Both the position numbers and the translations under genes were made by a program. A DNA stretch of 64,000 nucleotides from an uncultured bacterium (GTDB lineage Bacteria; UBA8481): positions 1 through 64,000 of the forward strand of contig CAZCME010000002.1 of NCBI GenBank assembly GCA_964499705.1, read 5' to 3'. Shown piece after piece: positions 29,492-41,646 of the stretch (position 1 is its first letter; each line of letters opens with the position of its first letter). Under the pieces are notes generated by a model. It did no database searches. It had not been told where the DNA came from and saw only the letters and a list, made by a program, of their open reading frames with translations.

Positions 29492-30186
29492 ATTTTACGC
29501 CGCTCGTCCTGGCCGCGCTCGTCGCGGGCCTCACGGCGCTCGACAATGTCCATGTCTTCCAGTGGATGCTCTCGCGCCCCGTCGTGACGGGGCCGATCGT
29601 GGGAGCGATCATGGGAGATCTCACGTCGGGAATGATCTGTGGAGCATGGATCGAGCTGATATGGCTGGGCGTTCTTCCCATCGGAAATTACACGCCTCCG
29701 GATGCCCAGATCACGGCCGCTTCCGCGGCGACGGCCGCCGCCGTCTGGTCGGCGGATTACGAATCCAGCAGGACGGCGGTTTCGCTGCTGGCCGTGCTGG
29801 CTTTTGTTCCGATCGGAGTCTTCTCCAAGCTGATGGATCTCTCGCTCCGCAAGCATCTCGCCGTTAAAGCCGAAGCGATTCTCGCCTGCGCTCCGCCGTA
29901 CAGGACCGGCGGTATGATCGTGGCGAGCATCCTGCCGGTCTTCGCGAAGGCGGCGTTCGCGGTCGTCATCGTATTCGTGATCGCGGTCGTGATGAAACCC
30001 GTGATCGTGCTGCTCACATCGGAGCCCCGCGTATCGAAGGGATTGTTCTTCGCCGCATCCCTCGTGCCCGCGCTCGGGATGGTCCAGCTGGCCCGCTGCA
30101 TCGGCGCGAAGGGCCGGGAGAAGTGGATCCTCCTCGGCGTTCTGGCCGCGACGGTCGTTTTCCTCGCCCGGGGTGTGAAGCTATGA
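29488..30186 (+). CDS. PTS mannose-family EIIC
   Basis: SRPVVTGPIVGAIMGD, ELIWLGVLPIGNYTPPD; hydrophobic. Confidence 0.88.
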   Translation: MNFTPLVLAALVAGLTALDNVHVFQWMLSRPVVTGPIVGAIMGDLTSGMICGAWIELIWLGVLPIGNYTPPDAQITAASAATAAAVWSADYESSRTAVSLLAVLAFVPIGVFSKLMDLSLRKHLAVKAEAILACAPPYRTGGMIVASILPVFAKAAFAVVIVFVIAVVMKPVIVLLTSEPRVSKGLFFAASLVPALGMVQLARCIGAKGREKWILLGVLAATVVFLARGVKL

Positions 30187-30932
30187 CGTTTTCGGAGCGG
30201 TTCATCATCTTCGTGCGACTGCATTTCCTCCAGCTCCTCTGGAATTTCAAGGGCATGCAGCACTTTGGTTTTCTCTCCGCGCTCCGGCCGGTGTTGCGGA
30301 GGCTTTATTCCGGCGACGCCTACATCGAGGCGGAGAAACGCCAGGGACAGTTTTTCAACACGCATCCGTGCTTTGCTCCGATCTGCGTCGGCGTCGTCGC
30401 GCGGCTCGAGGAGGAACTGAAGGCGGGGACGTTTCAGAAGGCGGAGATGATCCCGGTGTTGAAAAACAGGATGAGCGGACCGCTGGCGGCGGTCGGGGAT
30501 GCGTTTTTCTGGGAGACCGTGAGGCCGATCGTCGGGAGCTGCGCGGTATTCGCCGTTTATGCGTTCGGCGCGGGCGCCCCGTCCGCCACGCTCGGGATCG
30601 CCTGCTTTGTTCTCGTCTACATTTTTCTCGTCGAATCGATCCGGTGGCGGGGCCTCGGATGGGGCTATGCCTACGGTCTCGGCGTCGTCGATCTCCTGAA
30701 GAAGAAGGATTTTCATTCTTCCATGAGAACATTGAGAAACGTCGGCGCTCTCGGCCTGGGCATCGCGACTGTCTTCTTTCTCGCGGGCGATACGGAGGCC
30801 GTCACGTGGGAACATGGAGCGCGAGCGGCGGCGATGGGGCTCCTGCTCTGGGGCGCCATGAAGAAACTTTCTCCGACCCTCATGCTCTACCTGCTGGTCG
30901 CCGGCGGCATGGCGCTGGGGATGTTCCTGTGA
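30183..30932 (+). CDS. PTS mannose-family EIID
   Basis: WNFKGMQHFGF, FFNTHP, GPLAAVGDAFFW; ATGA overlap at 30183. Confidence 0.9.
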   Translation: MTFSERFIIFVRLHFLQLLWNFKGMQHFGFLSALRPVLRRLYSGDAYIEAEKRQGQFFNTHPCFAPICVGVVARLEEELKAGTFQKAEMIPVLKNRMSGPLAAVGDAFFWETVRPIVGSCAVFAVYAFGAGAPSATLGIACFVLVYIFLVESIRWRGLGWGYAYGLGVVDLLKKKDFHSSMRTLRNVGALGLGIATVFFLAGDTEAVTWEHGARAAAMGLLLWGAMKKLSPTLMLYLLVAGGMALGMFL

Positions 30933-31194
30933 AGGTCGAGCGGACGTTCACGATCGAGAACCGCGCGGGTCTGCACGCGCGGGCGGCGGCGATGCTGGTG
31001 CAGACCTCGGGACGATTCCAGTCGGAGGTCTTCATCACGAAGGACGACGAGACCGTCAACGGCAAGTCGATCATGGGCGTCATGATGCTGGCGGCGCTGT
31101 GCGGCAGCATGATCCAGGTGAGCGTGGAGGGCAACGACGCCGATGCGGCGATGACCGCCATCGCGGATCTCATCCAGAGAAAGTTCGACGAGCC

Positions 31195-31198
<4 letters not shown>
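30929..31198 (+). CDS. ptsH: Phosphocarrier protein HPr
   Basis: NRAGLHARAA (His15) and NGKSIMGVMML (Ser46); GTGA overlap. Confidence 0.95.
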
Positions 31199-32928
<1,730 letters not shown>

Positions 32929-32971
32929 GAAGTGGTCATTTCGCCCGCGACTGATATAATTCCCCGCCGTC

Positions 32972-34768
32972 ATGCATCCCCTTAAATACATCCGCAATTT
33001 TTCGATCATCGCGCACATCGATCACGGCAAGTCCACGCTGGCCGACCGGCTGCTGGAGCTGACCCGGACGATCGAGAAGCGCGAGATGCGCGAGCAGGTC
33101 CTCGATGGGATGGATCTCGAAAGGGAGCGCGGCATCACGATCAAGGCGCATCCCGTCCGGATGATGTACAAGCCCCAGCCGGACGGTCCGGAATACCTGC
33201 TCCATCTCATCGATACTCCCGGCCACGTGGACTTCCGCTACGAGGTCTCGCGCGCGATGGCGGCGTGCGAAGGAGCGATCCTCGTCGTGGATGCGTCGCA
33301 GGGCGTGGAAGCGCAGACGCTGGCGAACATCGACCTGGCGCTGGAGGAAAACCTGACGCTCATTCCCGTCATGAACAAGATCGATCTTCCCGGCGCCGAC
33401 ATCGAGAGGACGCGCGCGCAATTGCGGGAGCTCGGATTCTCCGACGACGAATGCATTCCCTGTTCGGCGAAGGAGGGGATCGGGATCAGGGAGATTCTCG
33501 AAGCGGTGATCGACCGCGTCCCGCCGCCATCGGGTTCGCTGGACGGGCCGCTCCGCGCGCTCATCTTCGATTCGCAGTACGACCAGTATCTCGGAGCGGT
33601 CGCGTATGTGCGGGTGATGGACGGCGCCGTCCGGAAGGACGATTTCACGACAATGGCTTCGACGGGCCGGCGCAACCAGGTGGCGGAGGCGGGCATCTTC
33701 AACCCGGCCCGGGTTATAACAGGGGAGATCACGACCGGTTGCGTCGGTTATGTCACGGCGTCCTTGAAGAAGATCGACGAGATCCGCGTCGGAGATACCC
33801 TGACGGGCGATGTCGACGGCATCGCGCAACTTCCCGGCTACCGCGAGCCGCTCTCCATGGTCTTCGCGGGGCTCTATCCCATCGAGGGCGACCGCTTCGA
33901 CGATCTCCGGACCGCTCTCGAGAAACTCCAGTTGAACGACGCCGCGTTCAGCTTCGAGCCGGAGACATCGGCGGCGCTGGGATTCGGTTTCCGCTGCGGC
34001 TTTCTCGGGCTGTTGCACATGGATATCATCCAGGAGCGCCTGGAGCGCGAATTCAACCTGGAGCTTCTCGTGACCGCGCCCTCCGTGGAGTACAAGGTGC
34101 GCCTCATGACCGGCGATGTCATCCTCTGCGAGAATCCGGCGTTGTTGCCGCCCGCGGGGGACATCGAGGCGATCGAGGAGCCGTACATCAACGCGAAGAT
34201 CTACACGCCGGAGGAGTACATCGGCGCGATCATGCAGCTCTGCCAGGACAAGCGCGGCATTTTCGGCACGATGAACTACATCTCATCCGACCGCGTCGTC
34301 ATCCACTACGAGCTGCCGCTCGGCGAGGTCGTCATGGATTTCTTCGACAAGCTGAAGTCCATGTCCCGGGGCTACGCGAGCTTCGACTATGAGTACGCCG
34401 AGCACAAGGAGGGCGACCTCGTCCGCATGGACATCAAGGTCAACGATGAACCGGTGGACGCGCTCTCCACGATCGTTCATCGCGAAAAATCGTATTACGC
34501 CGGAAAGAAACTCTGCGAGAAGCTGAAGGAGCTTATTCCGCGCCACCAGTTCCAGATCCCCGTCCAGGCCGCGATCGGCGCCCGCATCATCGCCAGGGAA
34601 ACGATACGCGCCATGTCCAAGAACGTCATCGCGAAGTGCTACGGCGGAGACATCACCCGGAAAAGGAAGCTCATCGAGAAGCAGAAGGAAGGCAAGCGCC
34701 GGATGAAGACGATCGGCAGCGTGGAGATCCCTCAGAAGGCGTTCATGGCCGTGCTGGAGATGGGTTGA
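32972..34768 (+). CDS. lepA: Elongation factor 4 (LepA)
   Basis: [52 protein letters not shown]. Confidence 0.98.
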   Translation: MHPLKYIRNFSIIAHIDHGKSTLADRLLELTRTIEKREMREQVLDGMDLERERGITIKAHPVRMMYKPQPDGPEYLLHLIDTPGHVDFRYEVSRAMAACEGAILVVDASQGVEAQTLANIDLALEENLTLIPVMNKIDLPGADIERTRAQLRELGFSDDECIPCSAKEGIGIREILEAVIDRVPPPSGSLDGPLRALIFDSQYDQYLGAVAYVRVMDGAVRKDDFTTMASTGRRNQVAEAGIFNPARVITGEITTGCVGYVTASLKKIDEIRVGDTLTGDVDGIAQLPGYREPLSMVFAGLYPIEGDRFDDLRTALEKLQLNDAAFSFEPETSAALGFGFRCGFLGLLHMDIIQERLEREFNLELLVTAPSVEYKVRLMTGDVILCENPALLPPAGDIEAIEEPYINAKIYTPEEYIGAIMQLCQDKRGIFGTMNYISSDRVVIHYELPLGEVVMDFFDKLKSMSRGYASFDYEYAEHKEGDLVRMDIKVNDEPVDALSTIVHREKSYYAGKKLCEKLKELIPRHQFQIPVQAAIGARIIARETIRAMSKNVIAKCYGGDITRKRKLIEKQKEGKRRMKTIGSVEIPQKAFMAVLEMG

Positions 34769-34851
34769 TCGTTCCGTCGCAAGCGGCGAAACGCTTCCGT
34801 TGTCACGCGTGATTTGCGCCGAGATTCATCAGAAGCTGTCGGAACGGCTGC

Positions 34852-34883
34852 AAAAAAAAAGAGCCTCCCGAAGGAGGCTCTTT
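34852..34883 (-). terminator. Rho-independent terminator of the lipoprotein gene (possibly bidirectional)
   Basis: Minus strand GAGCCTCC-TTCG-GGAGGCTC followed by 9 T. Confidence 0.9.
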
Positions 34884-34894
34884 GAAGAACGCTT

Positions 34895-35482
34895 TTACTT
34901 GAGGGGTTTGATTCCCTGATCCATGGCGTCTATCTCTTTTCTGAACTTCTCGGCCGCGGGAGTGACTTCCGCGTAGAGGGCCATGAGCTTGTCGGCGGGA
35001 GTCTTGATGAAGGTCACGACGATCGCCATCTCCTGCTCCTTGGAGGTCCCGACAAGCGACCACGAGGGCATGCCGTTGAGCTGCGCTTCCTTCGGTTCGC
35101 CGAGTTCGACGTCGGGCACGTCCTTGGCGAGATACGTGGTGATCTCCTTGATGGCATCTTCCAGCTCGCCGGCGGAAAGAACCTGGAATGAGACGTAAAC
35201 TTCTTCGCCCGGGGACGTGATTTCGAGAGAGTTTTCTTCCTGAACGAGCGACCATTTGGCCGGAATGGCCAGCTCGATTTTTGCTTCCTCGTGCTTGTAG
35301 ATCTGAATCTCGTCCGAGGCGGGGAGAACGACGTTCTTTCCTGCGGCGGGAGCCGGGGCAGGCGCCGGCGTCGCCGCCGGGGCGGGCGCGGGCGCAGGGG
35401 CCGATGCGGGAGGTTGACCACCGCAACCGACGACAGCCGCGGCCAGAATCGCCGATGACAAGATGTTCCGATAAACCTTCAT
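34895..35482 (-). CDS. Hypothetical lipoprotein with Pro/Ala-rich linker
   Basis: Lipobox AVVG-C, PAPAPA linker, GGAGG SD, own terminator. Confidence 0.8.
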   Translation of the reverse strand: MKVYRNILSSAILAAAVVGCGGQPPASAPAPAPAPAATPAPAPAPAAGKNVVLPASDEIQIYKHEEAKIELAIPAKWSLVQEENSLEITSPGEEVYVSFQVLSAGELEDAIKEITTYLAKDVPDVELGEPKEAQLNGMPSWSLVGTSKEQEMAIVVTFIKTPADKLMALYAEVTPAAEKFRKEIDAMDQGIKPLK

Positions 35483-35649
35483 ATATTCTTCCTCCGATAA
35501 TATTTTCCCGCCGCGATGGGCGGGAAATGTCGCAAGACGTTATGTCAACTGGCATGAAAATCAACGGATATCGCACCAGTATCTAACCTGGCCCAGCCTT
35601 GGCGGATCGGATTTACTCCGGCGTTCCCTATCGTTATGATCCGCATGTC

Positions 35650-37398
35650 ATGAGGAACTCATTCCACGTTCAAGGTCCGCGTAAAATCGGCATTGTTGTT
35701 CTTCTGCTCGCGTGGACGCTTTCCTGCGGTGGAGGTTCAGGTGGCGCCGTGGGAGGAGGACCCGCATCCTCCGGCGCTGGGCGACCCGCTCCATCGGCGC
35801 TATCCGGCAATATTCTGGCGGACATGGGATTCCGTCCCGATCCGGACGGTTTCGGTTTCGCGAACTACGACAACACGGGCGTGGTCAATCTTGGCGAAGA
35901 GGAAATGTTCAGGCTCTTCGGCGCCGGCGCGTTCGAGTCGACGGATGGCGGCCGCCGGATTCTTTCGCCGACCGCCCGCGAATGGATGGAAGTGGTGAAT
36001 GACGCGATGCAGGGCGGTCATTGCGAAGGGCTCGCCGTGAGCGCGCTTCTCTTCTATGGAAACCGGCTCGAGCCCGCGCGGTTCGGGGGACGGTCCGTTC
36101 ATGAACTTCGAAAGGACGAGAACCTGACGCTGCAGCATGAGATTGCTTTCTGGTGGGCGACGCAGGCGACGACTCCGACGGCATCGAGCAAGATCAAGTC
36201 CACTCCCGCCGAGCTCGTCGATCTGCTCGTCGCGGGTCTGGCCGGGAAGGGGAACGGCAATCCGCTCTACGACCTCCACATCTATCGCGCCGGCGGCGGC
36301 GGCGGTCACGCCGTCACTCCCTACGCGGTGCGCGAGCGCGACGGAGATCATGTCGAGATTCTCTGCTACGACAACAACCATCCGGGCATGGAACGGATAA
36401 TCGAGGTCGACCGGTCCGTGAATACATGGCGCTATTCCGCGTCGCGAAATCCGGACGAATCCGAGTCCGTGTACGAAGGCGACGCCTCGACGATGAACCT
36501 GGTCGCCGTTCCCATGGATCCGCGCCTGCGTTTGCAGGATTGTCCGTTCGACGACGAAGCGTCCTTCACGGATGATGAGGAGTCCGAAGAATCCGAGGAG
36601 GGCGACGAGGAAACAAGTTCGTCGGTCGGGATGTCGACGGCCGCCGACACGCGGTCCGCGAAGACTCCGGTCGAGATCTGGCTCGACGGCGACGCCGATC
36701 TCCTGATCACCGATCGGCAGGGGCGACGGCTCGGCCTGGTCGGAGACCGATTCGTGAACGAGATCCCCGGTGCTTCCTATCGATACATGTTGAGCGCGGG
36801 ATTCGAGAAGGTCGAGCATGAACCGGTGTATGTCATTCCGTCAGGGATCGAGGTCACGATCACTCTCAGCGGCGCGCGACTCGAGGAGGCATCATCCTCG
36901 GACATCACGATATTCGGCCGCGGATTTTCGATTGAAGTGAACGAGGTGATGCTCGAACCCGGTCAGGTCGATGTGATCGGGTTCTCGCCCGATGGAAAGA
37001 CGGTCACGTATAAGCCGTCCGGCGACGAGTCACCCGATCTCATCATCGCCTTCCGGACGCGCGCTGAGGATTACGAATTCGAGGTGGGCGACTTCGAGGT
37101 CACGAAAGGCGGCTCGCTGGAGATGGGGATCGAGTACCGCGAAGGCCGCGTTCGCGTTCGCGCGCCGCGTTCCCGCGACGGAGCATCGCTCGCTTTATAC
37201 GGTTACCGCGTCGTGGGCGAACGAGAAGACACGTTCGAGAACGACGACATCACTCTCGGCGCGGGAGAGACGGGCTATCTCTATTTCCGCAATTGGGGCG
37301 GCGCCGGCACGGACATGCGTTACGCGGTCGACACCAACGGCGACGGAAAGCCGGACCGCGAAGAGTCGCTCGACGATGAGGATCTTGCTCGGGATTGA
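35650..37398 (+). CDS. Hypothetical lipoprotein with putative Cys-His-Asp catalytic domain
   Basis: Lipobox TLS-C, GGHCEG, GGHAVTPY, YDNN, acidic linker, beta-rich C-terminal part; start approximate. Confidence 0.7.
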   Translation: MRNSFHVQGPRKIGIVVLLLAWTLSCGGGSGGAVGGGPASSGAGRPAPSALSGNILADMGFRPDPDGFGFANYDNTGVVNLGEEEMFRLFGAGAFESTDGGRRILSPTAREWMEVVNDAMQGGHCEGLAVSALLFYGNRLEPARFGGRSVHELRKDENLTLQHEIAFWWATQATTPTASSKIKSTPAELVDLLVAGLAGKGNGNPLYDLHIYRAGGGGGHAVTPYAVRERDGDHVEILCYDNNHPGMERIIEVDRSVNTWRYSASRNPDESESVYEGDASTMNLVAVPMDPRLRLQDCPFDDEASFTDDEESEESEEGDEETSSSVGMSTAADTRSAKTPVEIWLDGDADLLITDRQGRRLGLVGDRFVNEIPGASYRYMLSAGFEKVEHEPVYVIPSGIEVTITLSGARLEEASSSDITIFGRGFSIEVNEVMLEPGQVDVIGFSPDGKTVTYKPSGDESPDLIIAFRTRAEDYEFEVGDFEVTKGGSLEMGIEYREGRVRVRAPRSRDGASLALYGYRVVGEREDTFENDDITLGAGETGYLYFRNWGGAGTDMRYAVDTNGDGKPDREESLDDEDLARD

Positions 37399-37749
37399 GG
37401 GGCATTTATCCGGGGAGGGGATTTGTTGTCCGGACGTCTGGCACACCCTGTGCTTTTCCCTGGCGCCCGGCGACCAGGAACGGATCCGCGTGCGCACGGC
37501 GCCGGAGATTTGCTGAGCCTTCGGCGCTGACATGCTGTGAATATCTAGTGGCGTTCGGCGTATTAGTTTGCCCGGCGTGACGAGCGTCATAGCGTTGCAC
37601 TTGTACGGAAATATGATTGTTCGGGATGTTGCGTTCGAGATACACACTGCAAGTTTCTGATCTTCAATTTTCCGCTGCAGGGACCGAGCCTGGTGGCGGT
37701 GCGGGCTCCGTGTGATGAGGAATCCCCCCAATCCCATGAGCGTGCCGCG

Positions 37750-38340
37750 ATGACGGAGGAGGCGAGCTCGAAACTCGCGGAGGAGACCGTCCTGCGGACC
37801 TGGCAAGCTCGGATCCATGTCCTGAACAATTCCTCCGCCTGGTCCGGAGTGAGCCTTTGCTTCGGCGTGGGAGCCTTCTTCCTGGGACTCCTCCTCCTCT
37901 TCATCACGAAAAGCGTGACGGGACTGCTGGTCGCGTTCGGGATCTTCTGCGGCCTGATGGTTCTATTTGTACTGGTCGGCGGAGCGATCGATCTCTTCGG
38001 CGGATTCCGCGTCACGTTCATCCTCACCGATCGCGGCGTTTGGAGTATCACGGGAAGCGGAGCGAGAGCCGCCGCTGATGCCGCGGTCGTCGGCGGGATC
38101 TTCGCGGGAAGCCTCACGGGCATCGCGACCGGCTTCGCGGCGCGATCGGAGCAGAACGTATTCATTCCCTACGGCGAGATCTCCCGCTTGAAGGTGAAGG
38201 ATCGACGACGCAGCGTCCTCGTTAGAGGAAAGTTGCTTGAGAAACCCATCGAACTCTACTGCACTGTCGAGAACTTCCATGAGGTTCAGAAGATCCTGAT
38301 GGCGCAATCTCCCGCCGCGTTCGGAGCCGCCATCGGTTAG
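37750..38340 (+). CDS. Hypothetical membrane protein
   Basis: Two TM segments followed by a small beta-rich domain; start uncertain (37693 or 37750). Confidence 0.6.
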   Translation: MTEEASSKLAEETVLRTWQARIHVLNNSSAWSGVSLCFGVGAFFLGLLLLFITKSVTGLLVAFGIFCGLMVLFVLVGGAIDLFGGFRVTFILTDRGVWSITGSGARAAADAAVVGGIFAGSLTGIATGFAARSEQNVFIPYGEISRLKVKDRRRSVLVRGKLLEKPIELYCTVENFHEVQKILMAQSPAAFGAAIG

Positions 38341-38391
38341 TTCATCGACCATCTCGCCAGAAGGAACAGCTCCTTGCCGATCGGTAGTGGT

Positions 38392-39210
38392 TCAGTGAAA
38401 TACCAGCCCCGCAAGGACTAGAGCCGCACCCAGCGCGAAACAGACCGATCCGCCGATCGTGAAGTTCCGGATCCCGCTCCTTGCGCCCGCGGTCAGTTCC
38501 TCCTCGCACTTCGACGAGACGAGGAAGGATGCTCCGCTCTGCACGGGCCGCGCGATCATGACTTCTCCTTGCGCGTCTGTCGCCATCCCCAGGACGAAGA
38601 CCGGGCGATTCAGAGGATGGATCCGCTCGCGATATCGAAATCCCAGGGTCCGCCTGCCCTGAGGAATCTGCTGGAAGCTCGGAAGCAGTGACCATGATCT
38701 CCCGCCGAGGGTCAGGCTGCCCTGCTGAAATTGGGCCCGCGTGTCGGGTTCCAGGCGATCGACGACCTGCTGCATCTCGATCTCGGCTCCCTCGGGATCG
38801 ACCTGGATCCCGCCCGTCTGGTCCTTGACCCGGAACGGCGTGGACCTCGAATTCCGGCTGATCGTTTCCGTGCTTCGCCTCGTCTTCGCCACCTGCTGGC
38901 GCGTCTGCGGATTCTCCTCGTAGACCGTCTCTTCATACTCCCAGTCCACTTCGGAGCTGAACGCCACGCACTTCTCTTTGGATATGTCCGCCGTGAGCGG
39001 AGCGTCGCACTCGATCCGGCCGGTCACTTCGACCGGATGGCGAAAGGCGCCCTTGCCGAGATCCTTGCTGACGCGTTCGTACAGGCTCTGGAGCGCGCTT
39101 GCCGTGAATGTTTCCGTGGATGCCAGCGCCAGGAATTTCTTCCGGGCCGAAGCGCGCAAGACAAAGAGCACGATTCCGACAACAATGAGAACACATCCGA
39201 TGACTGTCAT
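38392..39210 (-). CDS. GIDE-domain-like membrane protein
   Basis: TM at both ends; VEVTGRIEC..PL, PFRVKDQTGGIQVDP, GFRYRERI..VFVLG, FLVS resemble the GIDE domain. Confidence 0.72.
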   Translation of the reverse strand: MTVIGCVLIVVGIVLFVLRASARKKFLALASTETFTASALQSLYERVSKDLGKGAFRHPVEVTGRIECDAPLTADISKEKCVAFSSEVDWEYEETVYEENPQTRQQVAKTRRSTETISRNSRSTPFRVKDQTGGIQVDPEGAEIEMQQVVDRLEPDTRAQFQQGSLTLGGRSWSLLPSFQQIPQGRRTLGFRYRERIHPLNRPVFVLGMATDAQGEVMIARPVQSGASFLVSSKCEEELTAGARSGIRNFTIGGSVCFALGAALVLAGLVFH

Positions 39211-39441
39211 GCTCGCCCGCCTTTCGAGGTGAAGCCTTTTGGAGATGGTAGCTGTTCCGGGCTCGGAATCAACGAGGGATTATCCATGAGAGAATCCGCA
39301 CGATTCCGCATTCCGTGAGGCGTTTTCTCCCTTTTCCTGTTGACCGCGGTTTCCTCTCTCATGCATGATCCTCATGACGTTCCGCGCGACGTTTTATCCC
39401 GCTGTATTTTCCGCATAGCGCACATCGAGGGAGGTTGGGCC

Positions 39442-40200
39442 ATGTCGAGAATCGGACGAAGTCTGTCGCTATTGCTGCTGTTTGCGGGTTTCTGGACGGG
39501 GAGCGTATCGGCGGAGGTCGAGAACAAACCGCTCATCATGGTTGTCGGCAACGGCAAGGCGGTTCGTCCGCCCGATGTCGCCTATATCACCCTGTATGTC
39601 ACGGGCAACGGGATTCTCACCGTGGATGCGGCAAAGGACGCGGCGGAGAAACTGAAGAAGATCCTGGATGCGATCCAGGAGTTGAAGATCGAGGACGCGA
39701 AGGTCGAGACCACGGAGCTGGGAATCGGTGAGAAAGAGGATCGATCCTGGTCGCCCGACAAGAAGGAAGAACCGCCACGCCCTCAGTTCACGCACAGGAT
39801 CCGCATCACGATTCTTCCCGTGGCAAAATCGATTCATGAGCTCCTGGATGCGGGGCTCCGCGCGGGCGCGCTCTTCCAGATTCCCTCGCAGGTTCAATAT
39901 TCCGGCGAATTCAAGACCGTTGTCGTTTATGGCCTCTTGAATTTCGCGGAAGCCGAAAAGCAGGCCCGTGAAGAAGCCATCGGGAAAGCGCGGGCTGAAG
40001 CGGAACAGAAGGCGGTGCTGCTGGGAGGGAGCCTTGGCCCTGTATCGTCATCCGTCTGTGCAGGAGCGGGCTACCCGCAGAACTTCTATGGCTGGTGTGG
40101 GCAGAACCAGCAATTTCCGACGATGTACACCTCGACGAATCCGGCGGAGGTTGAGGTTCGCGTCGCGGAAACGCTCAACTATGAATTCAAGAATCCATGA
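39442..40200 (+). CDS. SIMPL/DUF541-like periplasmic protein
   Basis: Signal peptide, VVGNGKAVRPPDVAYITLYV, AREEAIGKARAEAEQKA..LG; GGAGG SD before ATG 39442. Confidence 0.75.
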   Translation: MSRIGRSLSLLLLFAGFWTGSVSAEVENKPLIMVVGNGKAVRPPDVAYITLYVTGNGILTVDAAKDAAEKLKKILDAIQELKIEDAKVETTELGIGEKEDRSWSPDKKEEPPRPQFTHRIRITILPVAKSIHELLDAGLRAGALFQIPSQVQYSGEFKTVVVYGLLNFAEAEKQAREEAIGKARAEAEQKAVLLGGSLGPVSSSVCAGAGYPQNFYGWCGQNQQFPTMYTSTNPAEVEVRVAETLNYEFKNP

Positions 40201-40216
40201 AGGAGAATATGCACGC

Positions 40217-41173
40217 ATGATCTTCATCATCCTGGCCGGAATCGTACTTCTCGTGGGGGGCATCCTCATTGTCGAATGGCGTCACGCCAAGCAGGCGGGG
40301 CATAGCGGTCTTGTCGCGGCGGCGGGTCGCGGCGACAAGGACGGAGTGATGAAGTCCCTGGCGAAGGGAGTCGATCCGAATGTCCGTGACGCGAAAGGCG
40401 TCTCCGTGCTGGGCGCCGCAGCCGCCGCGGGCGCGGACGAGATGGTGTCTCTCCTTATCGAGAAGGGCGCGAGCGTCGACGCGGAAGACGGAGCGGGCAG
40501 GACCGCGCTCCATTATGCCGCCGAATCGGGAATTCTCTCCTCGGGGCAGCTTCTCCTCTCAAAGGGTTCGCCCCGTGACGCGGCTTCGAGCAAGGATCAG
40601 CGCACGCCCGCCATGCTGGCCGCCATGAAAGGGCATTCTGAAGTTCTCGAAGCGATCCTGGATGGCTCCGCACTTGATCTGAACCGCGAGGATGCGGACG
40701 GTCGGACCGCTCTCATGCACGCCGCCGCGGGGGGACATGCAGGATGCGTTCGCCTGCTCTTCCAGGCCGGAGCGAATGTCAATTACGGCAAGACCTCGAC
40801 TCCGCTTCTCGAGGCCGTCAAGGGCGGTCACATTGATGCCGCGGATGTGCTCCTGGAAGCGGGAGCGGCCGTCGAAGGTCGGGGGCCCGACGAACTCACT
40901 CCGCTTATGGCAGGGGTGAACACGGACAATCCGAAGATGGTCCAGCTTCTTGTCGGGTGGAAAGCCGATATCGACGCCAAAACATCTGCGGGCGATTCCG
41001 CCGTCATTCTCTCCGGGACGCAGGAGAATCCGGAGGTCGCCCGGATTCTCATCGACGAAGGCGGCGACATCAACACGAAGAATAACGCGGGGGAGTCCGC
41101 CCTGGCCCGCGCCCGCCGCGCGAGGAATCTGAAGGTCATCACCTTCCTCGAATCCCGTCGCGCCAAGGGCTGA
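40217..41173 (+). CDS. Membrane-anchored ankyrin repeat protein
   Basis: N-terminal TM then repeats GRTALHYAA, RTPAMLAA, GRTALMHAA, TPLLEAV, TPLMAGV; start 40217 (alternative 40181). Confidence 0.9.
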   Translation: MIFIILAGIVLLVGGILIVEWRHAKQAGHSGLVAAAGRGDKDGVMKSLAKGVDPNVRDAKGVSVLGAAAAAGADEMVSLLIEKGASVDAEDGAGRTALHYAAESGILSSGQLLLSKGSPRDAASSKDQRTPAMLAAMKGHSEVLEAILDGSALDLNREDADGRTALMHAAAGGHAGCVRLLFQAGANVNYGKTSTPLLEAVKGGHIDAADVLLEAGAAVEGRGPDELTPLMAGVNTDNPKMVQLLVGWKADIDAKTSAGDSAVILSGTQENPEVARILIDEGGDINTKNNAGESALARARRARNLKVITFLESRRAKG

Positions 41174-41192
41174 TGTTTCAAGGCTGACGACG

Positions 41193-41603
41193 ATGGTGCG
41201 GCCGTCGATCTCATCGCGCATGATGGTCGCCGCACAGGTCAGCCTGATCGCAAGGCTGGCGTCTTCGGGGCCGGTGATCCTCCTTCCCGCGCGGTTCGCG
41301 CTCGTCGCCTGCGCGGGATTTTCCCTGGGAGCATGGGCCGCTCTAACCATGGGGATTTCCCGCATCCGGGCTCATCCCGAACCGGCCGATGACGCTCAAC
41401 TTGTAACCTCCGGGCCCTATCACTATATGAAGCACCCGATGTACTGGTCGGTGCTTCTGGTCTGCGGATCGTGGGTTGCGGCCCGCCCACGCCGCGATCG
41501 GGTCATCAACCTGCTGGCGCTGGCAGCCGTTCTCTGCGCGAAGATGCGTCGGGAGGAAAAACTCCTCGCCGAACGGTTTCCGGACTATGCATTGAAATCC
41601 TGA
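41193..41603 (+). CDS. Isoprenylcysteine carboxyl methyltransferase / PEMT family membrane protein
   Basis: LVTSGPYHYMKHPMY and EEKLLAERFPDY motifs. Confidence 0.8.
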   Translation: MVRPSISSRMMVAAQVSLIARLASSGPVILLPARFALVACAGFSLGAWAALTMGISRIRAHPEPADDAQLVTSGPYHYMKHPMYWSVLLVCGSWVAARPRRDRVINLLALAAVLCAKMRREEKLLAERFPDYALKS

Positions 41604-41646
41604 TTTCTGAATCCCGACATTGAACTCGGAAGGATGGCCTTAGGAA

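Noticed and set aside
37195-37818. Minus-strand 207-aa ORF and small ORFs across 37400-37750
   Set aside because: Overlap real genes, atypical composition and no motifs; region treated as intergenic with no structure I can support
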